Positions 1 through 12,692 of a DNA stretch of 64,000 bases are shown here, piece by piece (positions within the stretch are counted from its first letter, which is position 1; every line of letters begins with the position of its first letter). The notes under the pieces were generated by a model, which ran no database searches, had not been told where the DNA came from, and was given only the letters and a program-made list of their open reading frames with translations. The DNA is from Cyanophora paradoxa CCMP329 (lineage: Eukaryota > Plantae > Glaucophyta): assembly GCA_004431415.1 (NCBI GenBank), contig QPMI01000043.1, forward strand, positions 62,001 to 126,000, given 5' to 3'. The position numbers were made by a program, and so were the translations under genes.

Positions 1-460
1 TTTCGCCGCCATCGCTTCCGCGGCAGGCGTGCTGCCTCAAAGCGCCCAGCCTGCAGCTCAGGTGCTCCTCGGAACGTCGTAATCGCTACAGACCAGACGG
101 AGCCGTCTCCATGCTTGCGGTGCAGCACCCCATTTTGTGCATAAAGCGGACAGGACTCTTCTGCAGACTGCAGGAACTCTGCAGCGGGTGGGCCGCCGCC
201 AGCTGACGACGGTCTGTTATAGGGTTTCGCGCTGGGCGCGCTGCAAACGCTTCCAATCGCTCAGGGTTGTTAGCTAGAGCGGCTCCCGGCGCTGGACGCG
301 CTGCCCGCTGGCTCCAGCGGTCTGGCACTGGCTGCGACTGGCTGTCACTGGCAGCGAGCAGGGATACCGCAAAGCTGAGAGGCAGTGCTTGAGCTAGTGT
401 CAACGTTTACTCCGGAGAGAACTTCGTACACCGCGAGCTGAGGCCTAGGCACGCGAGCGC

Positions 461-2364
461 ATGCACCAGCATCGAGCGCTGGTGCTCGCCGCGGGTGCGG
501 CGGCGGCCGCGGTCTGGGCGTGGTGGCGGTCGAGAATTTCATCGCTGGAAGCGAGCACAGGCGCGCCAGTGATCCGGGTCGGCTGGCCGATCATCGGGAC
601 GGCAAGAGGTGCGCATGCGCCGCCGAGTCGGCGCGGCGCCGCCCGGACCACCTGTCCCCCGCCGACGGCTGCTGCGCAGCGTTCCGGAAGGATCCTCTCA
701 AGCTCCTGCGCGAGGCTCGCGAAGCTTACCCCGACGCCGGCGGCGTGAGCCTCGACCTGCGTCAGCGCGGCCCCCTCCGACTCCGCCTGGCCCGCGGCTG
801 ACGCTTCCGTGCGCAGTGGCGATGCAGCTGACGGTCGTGTGGGGCGAGGAGGAGGTCGTCGCGTACCACAAGAGCCCGCGGCCCGTGCTGTCGACGCGGC
901 CCTTCATCGACCGCAACTGGGAGCCAGTCTTCGGGCCGCGCTCGGAGGCGGCGCGGGCGCACCAGTACGGGGCCAGCGGGCACGAGTCGGAGGACTTCAA
1001 GTACATCTCGCGGGCCGTCTCGCGGCCGCAGCTGGAGGCGTTCCTCCCTGTCGAGCTCCGCGTCGCCGCCGAGGAGGTGGCGCGCTGGGCGGCGGCGCCC
1101 TGCTTCGAGGCGTACGAGGCGGCCTCGCGGCTCGTCATGCGCGCCAACGTCCTCTTTTTCCTTGGGCCCGCCTTCGAGCCGCACGTCGACCGCATCGCCG
1201 AGACCTTCCTCCGCCTCGAGCAGACGGCGCGCCCGCCCGGGAGGAGGGCGCCCCAGCCCGCCGCTGACGCCCGGGGCCCCGCAGGCTGTGTCGCCTCAGA
1301 TGTGGGTGGGCGGCCTTGCGCGGCGGCGGGCCGCGCGGCTGCAGCGGCGCCTGGCGACGATCTTCACGGGCGTCTGGCGCTCCGCCGGCATCCGCCCCGC
1401 CCAGGAGGGGGTGCCCGCCGCCCCCGCCCCCCGCCGCCCCGCCCGCATTGACGCGCGAGCGCAGCTGGGGGGCTTCCTGGCCCACTTCCCCGACTTCTAC
1501 GAGGAGAAGGACTTCGTGCACATCCTTATCGGTCCGCACGAGCCGGCCCGTGCCGGCGGCGCCGCTCGCCGGGGCGCGGCCGGCGCCGCTCGAGGCGGGG
1601 GCGGGCAGGGATGCTCTTCGGGGCGCACACGACGACGGCGGGGACGCTCTCCTGGCTCCTCGCCTCCCTCGCCCAGCACCCCGAGCGCGCCGCGCGCCTC
1701 GCCGCCGAGCAGGCCGCCATCGTCGCCGCCCGCGGGCCCGCCCTCGACCTCGCCGCCCTCGACGAGGCGCCGCTCCTGGGCCGCCACTTCAAGGAGGTCG
1801 TCCGCCTGCACACCGTGCCCCTCACCGTCCGCGTCGCCGCCCAGCCCTGCACCGTCCCGCCCCGCGCCCCTCCGCCCCGCGCGCAGGCCCTGCCGGGCTG
1901 ACGGCCTCGCAGCTGGGGCGGTACCGGATCCCGGCGGGGCGGCACGTCGCGTCGAGCCCGCTGATCTCCAACTCGGACCCGGCGACCTTCGAGGACCCGC
2001 TGGCCTTCGCCCCGGAGCGCTGGGAGCGGCCCGACGCGACGCCGGCCGGCCTGGAGCGGTACCGGCAGAACCTCTTCGGGCACGGCTTCCACCAGTGTCT
2101 CGGGGAGAAGTACGCTACTTACCTGATCAAGGTCCGTGGCCGCTGCAGCTGGCGCCGTGCACGGGCGCCGGGTTGCCGCGCCCCTGCAAGCGCGCTCCTC
2201 TGACTCCCTCGCAGCTGGTGGCGGCTTACGTGCTCCGGCGGTACGACGTGCGCTTTGCGGAGGGGGCCGGCCCCGTGCCCCCGCCCCAGGCAGACGTCCT
2301 CCTCGGCTCCCAGTACGCCTCCGGGCCCATCCGCCTCGCCCTCGTGCCCAGGAGCTATAGCTGA
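461..2364 (+). CDS. Cytochrome P450 (CYP51-like I-helix), ~8 exons, N-terminal membrane anchor
   Basis: Spliced product has anchor [24 protein letters not shown]-helix GMLFGAHTTTAGT, ExxR (KEVVR), PERW and heme motif FGHGFHQCLGEKYA. Introns include 609-679 (GT-AG) and ~1227-1284 (GC-AG). Confidence 0.9.
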
Positions 2365-2692
2365 GAAAATTGAAGTCGTCCTGAATTCGAAAAGCTTGCC
2401 CGCGGCTGTGCACGTGCACGTGATCATGAGCGTTAGCCCGGAATTTGATCGGACGTCGATGGGGGATCGGTTTCGACCGGGGTACACCCTATAACAAGGC
2501 AGTTGTAGCGGAGAAAGCACGCGGCTGCGGCTGGCGGTGCGGGGGCAGGCATGGCCTCCAACCGTATCTTCTTCGGCTACAGAGCCGCTGTGCCGGTTCT
2601 GGTGTCGGCGGGCGACTCTGACACCGTCCTTCTTGCCAACTCCAACACCGCCTCAGCGGGTCCGCCCCCCGCGCCCCCGCAGTCTTAGCTTC

Positions 2693-5600
2693 ATGAACTA
2701 TGAGATTAAGTTGCTGCTGGAGTTTACCGGCGGCGGCATCGCGGCGGACCGATCGCCAGTTACCGACCGCGCCCCATAACTCGCAGACCTCGCGCTCTTC
2801 GCGGCGGCCATTGCCGATGACGAGTGCCATGACAACATCCAACTCGTTTCCTTCAATCCTGGTGCGCTCCTGGCACGGGAGAACCACCCTTGCCAAGTCA
2901 ACGGCCTTGGCGTGCCGCCCCGTGTCACCCCTAACGCCAAAGTACCAGGGGATGCAGAGCAGCTCTCCAGTTACCTCGCATACAATGGCGGCGATGGCGC
3001 CCTGGTTCTGGCCGATACCACGGAATCCCAGTCAAACCAGCGCCAGACGGTGTTCACGAGCGCATATGTGCGGCCAACCGCTTTCCTGTGGTCTTTAGAG
3101 TCCCTTCCATGCGCCCGCGTGACCACCCGCGCCGCAGAACGCGTGTCGGGTCCGCCGCCCGCGGCATCATGAGAAGGGCATCCGCGCTGTGTGGGTGACG
3201 CGCTTCGATTACCGCACGAAGGAGGATGTTCAGCGCATTATCCAGAACTGTGCCGATGCGGGCTTCAACACGGTCCACTTCCAGGCGCGCTTGATGGAGA
3301 TATCACGCGTTCTCTCCCATGAAACCTTTGACGCGATCGCAGGTTCGCGGCGATGGCACGGCGTGGTACCGTAGCTCAGTGGAGCCGTGGGCGGAGCAGC
3401 TGGGGCCCAACCCAAGCTTCGACCCGCTGCAGGAGGCCATCCGGTCCGCTCTCGAACCGCGCAGCTCTCGCCGGCGGCCGCTAACTCGAGCGCTTTTTCT
3501 TTTGCACAGCGCTGCGCACGATCGCGGCATGGAGCTCCACGCGTGGGTCAACGTTATGCCCGGCTGGCGCGGTCCGCACCCGCTCCCGCCAAATGGCGTT
3601 TCTTCTCCCGGCCGCCCACGGGCGCGCCCGCAGGCACTTCTCCGCCCCGCGACCCGGAGCAGTTGTACAATAAGCACCCGGAATGGTTCTGGTGCGGCCC
3701 GCGCGGTCGGGATTGCGCTCGCTCTTGCTTGACCGCGTCTGCGCCTGCAGGTACGACCAGAATGGGAAGCGCCAGCCGCTCACAAAGAACTTCTACGTCA
3801 GCGTGAACCCGTGCCTGCCTGAGGTGCGGCCGCTGCTGCGGGTGAGGGCGCCGGGGGGAGGCCGACACGGCGCGCAGGTCCGGCAGTACCTCGTGAACGT
3901 GTGCCGCGAGATTGTCCAGCAGTACGAGGTCGATGGTCTGCACATGGATTACGTCCGCTTCCCGAACGAGGAGAGCGTCCCTTGGGGTGCGACGCGCCGC
4001 GTGGCGCAGGTCTCGTCGAGCCCCGCTCACGCCGCTGGTCGGCAGGCTCGAAGACCGACTACCCGCGGGACGCGCGGACGGTGAACCTGTTCCGGAAGGA
4101 GACGGGGAAGACTCCGGAGGCGGACACGGAGGCGTGGACCAAGTGGCGGTCAGACTGCATCACTTCGCTCGTGCGGGACGTGCGCCGCATGGTCGACGAG
4201 GAGAAGCCCAAGGTCGTCCTCTCATGCGCCGTCTGCGCCGAGCCGGACTACAGCCGCAAGCGCTTCTTCCAGGCGCGCCCGCCCGCCTCGGGGCTGCCGA
4301 CCCGCCGCTCACGGCGCGCCGCAGGACGCACAGCGTTGGCGCGAGGAGTGCCTCGTAGACCACGTGTACCCCATGAACTACACGCAGAGCCTCGAAACCT
4401 TCAACAAGCGGACCTCCACCTGGTGCCCGGCGGACAAGAAGGGTACGCGGCGTCTCGCACCCGCCCCGCCCGCCTCGCTGCCGACGCGGCGGACGGCGCA
4501 GGCTGCACGGGGGTCGTGATGGGCGTGGACATGGGGATCGGCGGCTGGGAGGTGAACAAGCAGCAGGTCGCCTCGGCGACGGATAAGTGCGGCGGCTTCG
4601 CGGCCTTTGCCTACGCGAACCTCTTCGACTCCCACCACCTCGAGTGCGCCGCCAAGGACGGCCACCAGCGCACAAGGTGCGGCCTCCCCGCGCCCGTCCG
4701 CCGCCCCGCGGTGCAGGCCCCCGCCGACGCGCGGGGCGCGATCGAGCAGGAAGGAGCAGAAGCGGCAGGGCCTGGCAGCGTTCATGGCAGGCCTCGGGGG
4801 CGTCATCGACAGCGTGCTGCACGGCGGGCGGGCGCGGCCAGAGGAGACGACGGGCCCCGGGGGCGTCGCCCGGCACGTCTCGGCGGCGGAGGGCGACTCG
4901 GAGTCGCCGGAGCGCGGGCCGCACCGGTACGCGGACGAGCCGCTGGGCGGCCCCGTGGCGGCGGACGGCTGCCCCGCCGGCGGCATCATGGTCGTGCCGG
5001 AGGCCGCCGAGGAGCGCCGCTTCGGCGTCGCCGGCCTCGACGGCTCGGGGCCCCAGGCCGTCACCGTCTCCCGCATCCTCCAGCCCCGCATCAGCCTGCA
5101 GGGGCCGCCCGCGGGCGCCCTCGGCAGGCACCCCTTCGTGGTGGGGCGCCCGACGGGCCCCGCGGAGCTGGCGCCGGCGACGTTCGTCACGCACACGCTG
5201 CAGCCCGGGGAGACGCTGATGGCGCTGACGCGCAAGTACGGGTGCTCGCTGGACGCCATCCGCGCCGCCAACGAGTCGACGCTGCGGGACCTCCACCTCG
5301 TCCCCGTCGGCCAGCGCATCCGCGTCCCCGTCGGCGCCGTCTCCAAGGCCTCCGCCGCCAACGCCGTCGCCTCCTCCGTCGCCGCCGCCGCCGCCGCCGC
5401 CGCCGCCTCCTCCGCGCCGCGCGCTGCGCCGGCCCCGGCCCGGGCCCCGTCGCCGCCGCCGGCGGAGCAGTCGGTGGTGGTGCAGAAGGGGGACACGCTC
5501 TTCGGGATCGCGCGGCGGCTGAACGTGGCGATCGACGAGCTGCTGGCGGCCAACGGCATGGACATGGACTCGGCCTCGCTCATCGCCCCGGGCCAGCGCA

Positions 5601-7600
5601 TCCGCGCCCCCGCCGCCCGCGCCGCGCCCTTCGCCGAGCAGCCGCGCGCCGTCCGGCCCGTCGCCGCCGAGCTCCCCTCCCCCGACTTTGGCGGGTTCGA
5701 CGAGGAGGTCGCCTGGGCCGACTTCGCGCCGCCGGCGATCCCCGCGGCCCTCGACTACGGCGTCAACTACGACAGCGACGCCGAGAGCGAGGCGGCCGCG
5801 CCGGCCGCCCGCGCCGCCTTCCCCGCGCGCCCTTCCCGAGGCCGACGGCATCGTCCACCCGCCCTCGCTCCTCTCCGCCGCAGCGGCCGCCTTCGCCGGC
5901 CCGGCGCCGGCGCCGGCGCGCCTGCGGTGCCCGCGGGCGGCGGAGGCGCTGTTCGGGGAGTGGGTGGCGGAGGGCGAGGAGGAGGAGCTGGGCGCGGCGA
6001 GCGGCTACGAGAGCGCCGAGGAGGTCGTCGGCGACGCCTTCGGCGCCCGCCCGCGCCGCGAGCGCTTCCCCGTGCCGGCGCGGGGCCGCCGGCGGGCCGG
6101 GGGCTTCCTGCTGGGCGAGCTGGAGGCGGAGGGCGACGTGCTCGAGGTCGCCAACAACTGGAGCGAGGCGGCGAACGCGCGCCTCGCGCACGCAGCCGCG
6201 CACCTCCCGCGCTCCCTCACCGGCGAGGTCCGCACCTACCGCACCACCAGCCGCGGCGGGGGCCTCTCCGCCCCCTCCTCGGCCGCCTCGTCGGCCCCCG
6301 CCTCGGGCCGCTCCACGCCGGCCGCCTCCCCCACGCGCGCCGCCCGGCCCCGCGTCGCCCGCGCCGCCATCGCCCAGGACGGCCTCGCCCCGCCGCCGCC
6401 CCGGCCCCGCCCGCGCCCCCGCCCCGGCGCCGCGCCCCGCGCACCGCCGCTCGCACCACCGCCAGGCGCGGCGGAGCGCCCGGCGGAGCTCCTCCGTCTC
6501 CTCCTCCTCCTCCTCCTCGTCGGCGTCGAGCCGGGGGAGCCGCCGGGCAGCCGCCAGAGCGCGCCGATCAGCCTCGCGCGCGGCGCCGCCGCCCTGCCCT
6601 ACGCCACCACCGCCATTAAGCCGGCCGGCCCCGCCCGCCGCGCCCCGCCCGGGCCCGCCCAGGCCGCCGCCTCGGCCGCCGCGCGGCCCCGGCCCCATGG
6701 CCGCAGCCGCAGCCGCTCCCGCAGCCGCAGCCGCGCCGCGTCGCCCTCGCGGACGCGTGCGGGCGTGCCGGCGCCCCTGAAGAAGGCCAAGCGCAGCTTC
6801 GGCGCCGCCGTCGCCGGCACTGTCAAGACCTACCAGGCGAACGGCGCCCGCCCCGCCGCCGCCCCCGCCCCGCCGTCGCACCCAAGCCTCGCCCCGCCCC
6901 GGCCCCTCCGGTCTCGTCCGCGGCAGCCCTCGCGGAGACGCACTCGGCGCCCGTTGCCGCCGCCGCCGCGGCGGCGGCCACCGCGACGGTGATCATCGCG
7001 CCCGTGGCGCCCAAGCCGGCGTCGCTTCCCACGCAGGTCGTCCGCGCCGGCGCCCCCGCCTCGCCGCGGGCGTCCGCGCCGGCTCCCGCGGCGGGGGCGC
7101 CGTTGGCCTCGGCGGCGCTGGCGACGGCCGCCTCGATCGCGGCCGCCACGGCGACCTCGCAGGAGCCCATTGCTGCCGCCGCCCTGCCCCTCCCCGACGA
7201 CTCGGTCCTCTACCGCCGGTCCCCCCCGCCCGCCCCCACCCCGCTCCGCTCGGCCCACTGACGCGCTCCTCGCAGGGCCGTGCGGAAGCCGCCGGCGCCG
7301 CGGTCGGCGTCGCCCGTGCACCGGGTGGAGCACCGGGGGACGGTGACGCCGCAGGCGTTCGGCCCGATCCAGAACATCACGCTGCCGCCGCCCCCCGAGG
7401 AGCTCCTCGCCGGCGCCCGGGCCGCCTCGCCGCAGCGGGGCCCCACGGGGCTCGCCCGCGCCGGGCGCGGCGTCTACCAGAAGATCTGGCCCACCCTCAA
7501 GGACCAGGAGCTCGTCGACGAGGCCCGCCGCTGGCGCCGCATGAACCCCTCGCCCGCCCTCGGCCCCGAGGAGAAGAAGTCCGAGACGGCCGCCAACTGA
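2693..7600 (+). CDS. Glycosyl hydrolase-like 10 (GHL10, DigH/YddW-like) TIM-barrel fused to two LysM domains and a long low-complexity C-terminus; true start uncertain (2551 or 2693)
   Basis: Spliced motifs IRAVWVTRFD, AGFNTVHFQ|VRGDG, FDPLQEAI..AHDRGMELHAWVN, KHPEW, NPCLPEVRQYL, YEVDGLHMDYVRFP, VDHVYPMNY. LysM1 HTLQPGETLMALTRKYGCSLDAIRAAN...GQRIRVP (~5190-5330); LysM2 VVQKGDTLFGIARRLNVAIDELLAAN...PGQRIRAP (~5475-5610). Apparent frameshifts after ~5830 lie in GC runs. Confidence 0.85.
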
Positions 7601-8790
7601 GCGCCCCGCCGCCGCTGGCACCGGCACCGGGGCAGGTTCGCCCCGATGTATGTACAGTACCCGCCCGCCCCCGTATCCTTTGCCACCCTCCCTTTCCCTT
7701 TTCAACTTCAACTTTTCGTTCGTAATGAGCCTGTCATTGTTATCCGCAGCATGCATTCCACAATCATTTGCGTGTAGTGAATTGATTCCATTTTTAGTCA
7801 GCGGCATCCTGGGCCCTCGCTGTCCGCCCGGCGACTCGCGCGGTGTGGCCGCCTCGCCGGCGGCCGGCGTTGGGGAGGGGCGCCGTTCTCTGTCGGGCGA
7901 GTTTTAGCTTTAGCTTAGTCAGTGGCGCCTTCTGTACAGAGTGTGTTTTCGAATGATCAGCTCAGGCGCGAATTCGCACGCCCCCAAAAGCCCACTGCCA
8001 GGCTGCCAGGCTGGGATCCCGGAGCTTCTCGAGCTTGTGTTTTGGAAGCCTTGAAGGACAGTGGCTTGTCAATGACTTGCAAGTCGGGCGGCGAGTACAC
8101 CGTACACGTGGGCCAGCCTCAGGGCCTGCAGCTGGCAGTGGCCGCCGGGCCCAGCTAGTGGGCCTCATGATCATGCGCATGCATGCACTGCCGCAGTGAC
8201 CCTGATCCGATGATCATGATCCACTGACCCTGACTCTGCCAGGCTGCCAGGCTGCACCTCATCATGGCATGGCCGGGCTCAGCGCTACTAGGCTAGCTTG
8301 TCACCGGCTCTGTGTGTACATGTCTGAGGGCCGGTTGTCACCGTGGCACGTGGCCGCCCGGAGGCCGCCGGGCCCCAAGGGACCGGGACCTGGCCTGCAG
8401 TGCAATTAAAAAACATGATCATGATTGGGAACGTTACTAAGTTAACAGACTGCAGGCTGCCAGGCTGTGCATGTGCATGTGACGGGGTCGATCATCGGAT
8501 TCCGGAGTCCTTGGCCCGCTTCGTGCATGCACACGTGACTAGTACTCAGTGTGACTTGAAAAACAGAAGCCTTTGAAGCCTTGAAGCTCAAACTTGATTT
8601 CGATTTCGAATTCACGTGAACTGCCATTCAAGGCTTGCGAAAGTAGTACGATCTTGATCCGATTCACTGTACACGATTTACTCTGTCATGAGCCGCAGAG
8701 GCGACGAGATGTCGAGCAGATCGCGTCGAGCTGGATCCGCGCGCCGGCGTCGTCTCGACCCGCCCCGCCCCTCGGGGGCCTCCCGGGGCC

Positions 8791-10253
8791 TCAGTAGTCG
8801 ACCTCGAGGATGCTGACGCAGTCGGGCGGGGCGGGGCACGAGGGGGCCCCCTGCCCGCCCGCCCCGCCCTGCCCGCCCTGCCCCTGCCCCTGCCCCTGGC
8901 GCCCCAGGAGCGCCTCATACTCGGCCATCGCCTCCCGCGCCGCCGCCTCCAGCTCCGCCGCCCGCCCCTCCGCCCGCTCCCGCGCCCCCGCCTCCCGCGC
9001 CGCCTTCGCGTTCGCCGCCTCCAGCTGCCCCCAGCCGCGCTCAGCGGCAGCAGGGAGGCGAGGGCGGAGGGCGGACGGCGGCGCGGAGGGCCCCGAGCTC
9101 CTCCTGCGCGGCGGCCGCGGCGAACTCGAGCGCGCCCGACGCCTGCGCCGGAGGCGCCGCCGGCTGCCGCCGGAGCTCCGTCATCTCCTCCTCGAGCTTC
9201 GAGTGGCGCACCTGCAGGCGCCGCGTCGGGGCGCGGGACGGGGGGTGCAGCGGGCGGGGCGGGGCGGGGGCCTGGAGGGCGGCGAGCTTGTCGCGGAGCT
9301 CCTCGACGCGGGAGCTCTCCTTCTGCGCGTGCAGCACCGCCTGCTTCGCCTTCCCCTCCATCTCCCGCGCCTGCCGCCCCCTCGCCGCCCGGCCCCCGCC
9401 CTGTGAGACGCAGCCCGGTGCGCCCGCGCGCGCGTGAACGGAGCGGACGGGTGGCGCACGTGGCCCTCGGCGCGTCGGAGCTGAGGCGGGGCGGACGGCG
9501 TCGGGCAGGAGGCGGGGCGGGCGGCGCGCGGGCTCACGTGGCCCCGGACCTTCTCGTGGATGCTCTCCTCGCCGTGCGTGGCCGCCGCGCCGGGCGGCGC
9601 CCGGTGCAGCGCTCGCGCCTCCGCCTCCGCGTTTCGCATCCGCATCAGCTCCTGCGTCTTGTGCTGCGGAGCACGGATACTGAGAAGGTCGCGCGCGGCG
9701 CGCGCGGCGGCGCTAGCGCTCTGGCCATGGCCATGACGCGCGCCTTGTTGTCGATGCGCAGAGCCTGGAGCTCATTCTCTGTGAAACAATGAGCTGAGGT
9801 TACACGTGCGGCGCTAGCGCGCGCTGCGTAAACGTGCGCGCCCAGCTGCTGGAACGCGTCGGTCGTTGCAGCCCTCGCTGCGAGCTCCCCCTGCAAAGGC
9901 GGGTTCGTCACGAAGGGCGCGACTCGCAATAAACTGCGAACGTTTGCGCGGACCCGCAAACGCTGGATCTCGTTCTCCTTGGCCTCCAGCGCCTCCTGAA
10001 GGGCCGACACGCGCGCGGGCCACTTCATCACGAGATCGGCGGCTTCCTGGAGCTGGACCGCGAGCGAATAGTCTAACGAGACAGTCTGAGCGTTTGAGGG
10101 CGCGACGGTGTTTGACGGCGCCGGCGTGGCCGCGGCCGCGAAGCTCAACAGCTCTGTGTCAAACGGCGCCGGCGCGCGGGCAGGCGCGAGCTGCGGCGAC
10201 TCGAATTGCTCGCCCTTGATTGACGCGCCCTCATCCTTCTGCGTTTCCTGCAT
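8791..10253 (-). CDS. Hypothetical coiled-coil protein (multi-exon)
   Basis: Exons encode MQETQKDEG..., LQEALEAKENEIQRLR, ENELQALRIDNKAR, QKESSRVEELRDKLAALQ, HSKLEEEMTELRRQ and end ...SILEVDY*. Heptad E/K/Q/L composition; exons are separated by short introns. Confidence 0.65.
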
Positions 10254-10499
10254 GCGCGCGGAAGGGTCGACGAGAGCATCCGCGAAATCGGCACCAACGA
10301 CGCACCAGCAGATTCCACGGAGCATGAGCCTCGAGAGCCGCGTGGATGCGCTCCATTTTGCCCGCGGCCGTGGATATCGCCGAGTCGACGTGTGAAGATG
10401 CGATCAAATTGATCGGGGGAGGGAACTGGGTTGGGATACAGGAGCAAACAAGACCTGGCCTTGTTGTTAGCCGCGCCGTCCTCACTTCTGCGAGCAAGC

Positions 10500-12507
10500 A
10501 TGCCGAATCCAGAAGAGCCCGATCCAGGCGCCGGGGTGGTAGCTTTCGTCCGGTCACCTCGTCTGGTCGACGCTGTTGAAGCCAGCGCCGGGCCCTCCAG
10601 CGCAGAAGAACTGGCGCGTGAACCAGCTGCAGCGCATGAACATGAACCACCCACAAGCACCACGCTGCAGCCGGACGACGGCGCGGGCGTGCTGGTAGCG
10701 CTGCGCGGATCGCTGCATGCGCAGCTGCCACCGCCAGACAGGACAGAGAGCGCCGGCTCGGACGCAGCCCAACTCTCGCAGCTCAGCTCTCTCCCAGAAG
10801 CGCTTCTCGGACACATTTTGACGTTGCGTCCATCTGCCCCGCCCCGCATCGCTCTCCTCGCCTCATATGATCGGCCGGCCCGGCCCGGCCGCATCCACCC
10901 GAGTGCAAAGCCGACGCGCCTCGCAGGTTCCTATCGCTGCAGGATGCTTGGAGGCTGCGGGGCGTCTCGAGGGCGCTGAAGGCGGCGGCGGAGGCGGCGC
11001 CCTACAGCACGCTGCGCCTCGCCCTGCGCGTCCCCTCCACCTTCCACTTCGACCCCGCGCACCCGGAGCCCGACCCGCGCGTCGCGCTGCTCCGCGCCGT
11101 CGCGGCGCTGGTGCGGGGCGGGCGCGTGCGGCTCGCCGAGGGCGCCGCCGTGGAGCTCGAGTGCGCGGAGGCAGACATCTGGGGCCGCGCCCGCGCCGCC
11201 GAGCTCGCCCGGGAGTGCGCCGCCCTCGTGCGCCTCGCCGCCGCCGGCGGCGCCCGCAGCGCGACCGTCGCCGGCTGCCGCGTGGTCCAAGTGGCGGAGG
11301 AGATCTGCGGGTCGGAGGGCGAGCCGGCGCCAGCCCTGGAGCACCTGGGCCTGCGCTACTCGCCGGGGCGCCACTCGGGCTACCACGGGCAGCAGGCGGG
11401 GCGGCCGCTGGACTCGGCGCTGCGCACGCGCCTGCGGGGCCTCCTCGCCCGCCTCCCTGCCCTCCGCTCCCTCGAGATCGCCGGGGCGCCCCTCGGGCGG
11501 GAGACCCTCGCGGCGGCCGCGCAGGGCGCCCCCGCCTCGCCGCACTCGCCGTCGCCCTCGACGCGGGGTCGGCGCTGGGCGCCCTCGCGCCCTCGCGCAC
11601 CTCGAGGCCTCGAGGTGCGCGTCGCGCGGCCCTACCTCCGCGGGCGGCGGAGGACGGCGAGCTCGCCGGCCTCGCCCCGCCCTCGCCGAGCTCGCCGCCG
11701 GCCCGCGGGCCCCCGCCTCCGAACTCTGCGCCTGCTCCGCCCCGGCGGCCGCGAGGCGGCGTGGGCGGCGCTGCAGGGGGCGCAGCTGGCGCCGCTGGCC
11801 GCCCTCGGCGCCCTCGAGGAGCTCCGCTTCGCCCTCGTCGTGCGAGGGGCGGGGCACGCCGACCTCGCGCCCCTCGCCCGCCTCGCGCGCCTTCGCTTCG
11901 CCTCCCTCCGCCTCTGCCCCGCCTCGGCGGCCGCCTGCGGGGGCCTCGCGGCGGCCCTCTCCGGCGGCGGCCTCCCCGCCCTCGAGACCCTCCACCTCCA
12001 CCTCGAGGCCGGCGCGCGCCTCCGACCCCGCCCGCCCCCGCCGCCCGCCTCTTACCCGCGCGCCCCGCAGGCGCGGAGGAGGACCCGGCGCCCCGCGCGG
12101 CGCTGCTGCGGGCGGCGGGGCGCGCGCTGCGCGGTCTGCGGCTGCGCTGCGAGGGCCGCTGGACCCCTCCGAGGCGGCGGCCCTCGCCGCCTGCCCGCGC
12201 CTCGGCCCCATGCACCTCGTCCACGCCGCCCGCGACGCCGCCGGTCTTGCCGCGTACCCCCTCCTGCCCTTCCCCCCGGCTCGACCATCGAGCTGCGCGT
12301 GCCCCGGGCGCGGAGCTGGCGGCGGCGGCGGCGGCGGCGCTGGCTCGCTTCGGGGCGGGGGCGCGGGTGGTGGAGGCGGCGGAGCGGGAGGCGGCGCCGG
12401 CCGGCGATGAGCAGGAGAGCGGGGGCGAGGGAAGCAGCGAGAGCGAGGGGGAGCTCGAGGGCGGCGGCAGCGTGGGAGAGGAGTGGGTGGCGGACGACCT
12501 CACATAG
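10500..12507 (+). CDS. F-box protein with degenerate leucine-rich repeats
   Basis: Spliced F-box LSSLPEALLGHILT|FLSLQDAWRLRGVSRALK, followed by LxxLxxL units (LPALRSLEI, LGALEELRF, LPALETLHL) and an acidic tail ending WVADDLT*. Confidence 0.7.
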
Positions 12508-12692
12508 AAGCAGCACCCGTGCTGCGTAGTTGGCTCCCGAATACCCTTTGTGCCTCGATTTGTGTGCCGTAGGACGTCTGTCCGCGAGGAAAATACTTCG
12601 TTGTTTGGTAACGTGACCGATGCGACCTACCTACCTAGGGCTACAGCTAACTGCTGCAAAAACGCGCGGGGGCCGGCCGGAGAGCGGGCCCC

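Noticed and set aside
1-440. ORF 86-403 (minus strand) as a gene
   Set aside because: No recognisable motif. It may be the 5' end of a gene running off the window, but this cannot be supported.
2693-5620. Bacterial contaminant contig (suggested by the GHL10/LysM, ArsA and CFA-like genes)
   Set aside because: All these genes contain spliceosomal introns of the same style as CWC22, bZIP and JMJD5.
5820-6960. Programmed frameshifts in the GHL10-LysM tail (also in the M14, F-box and 57775 genes)
   Set aside because: Frame breaks fall in C/G homopolymer runs with no slippery site or stimulatory structure. Assembly indels or unrecognised introns are more likely.
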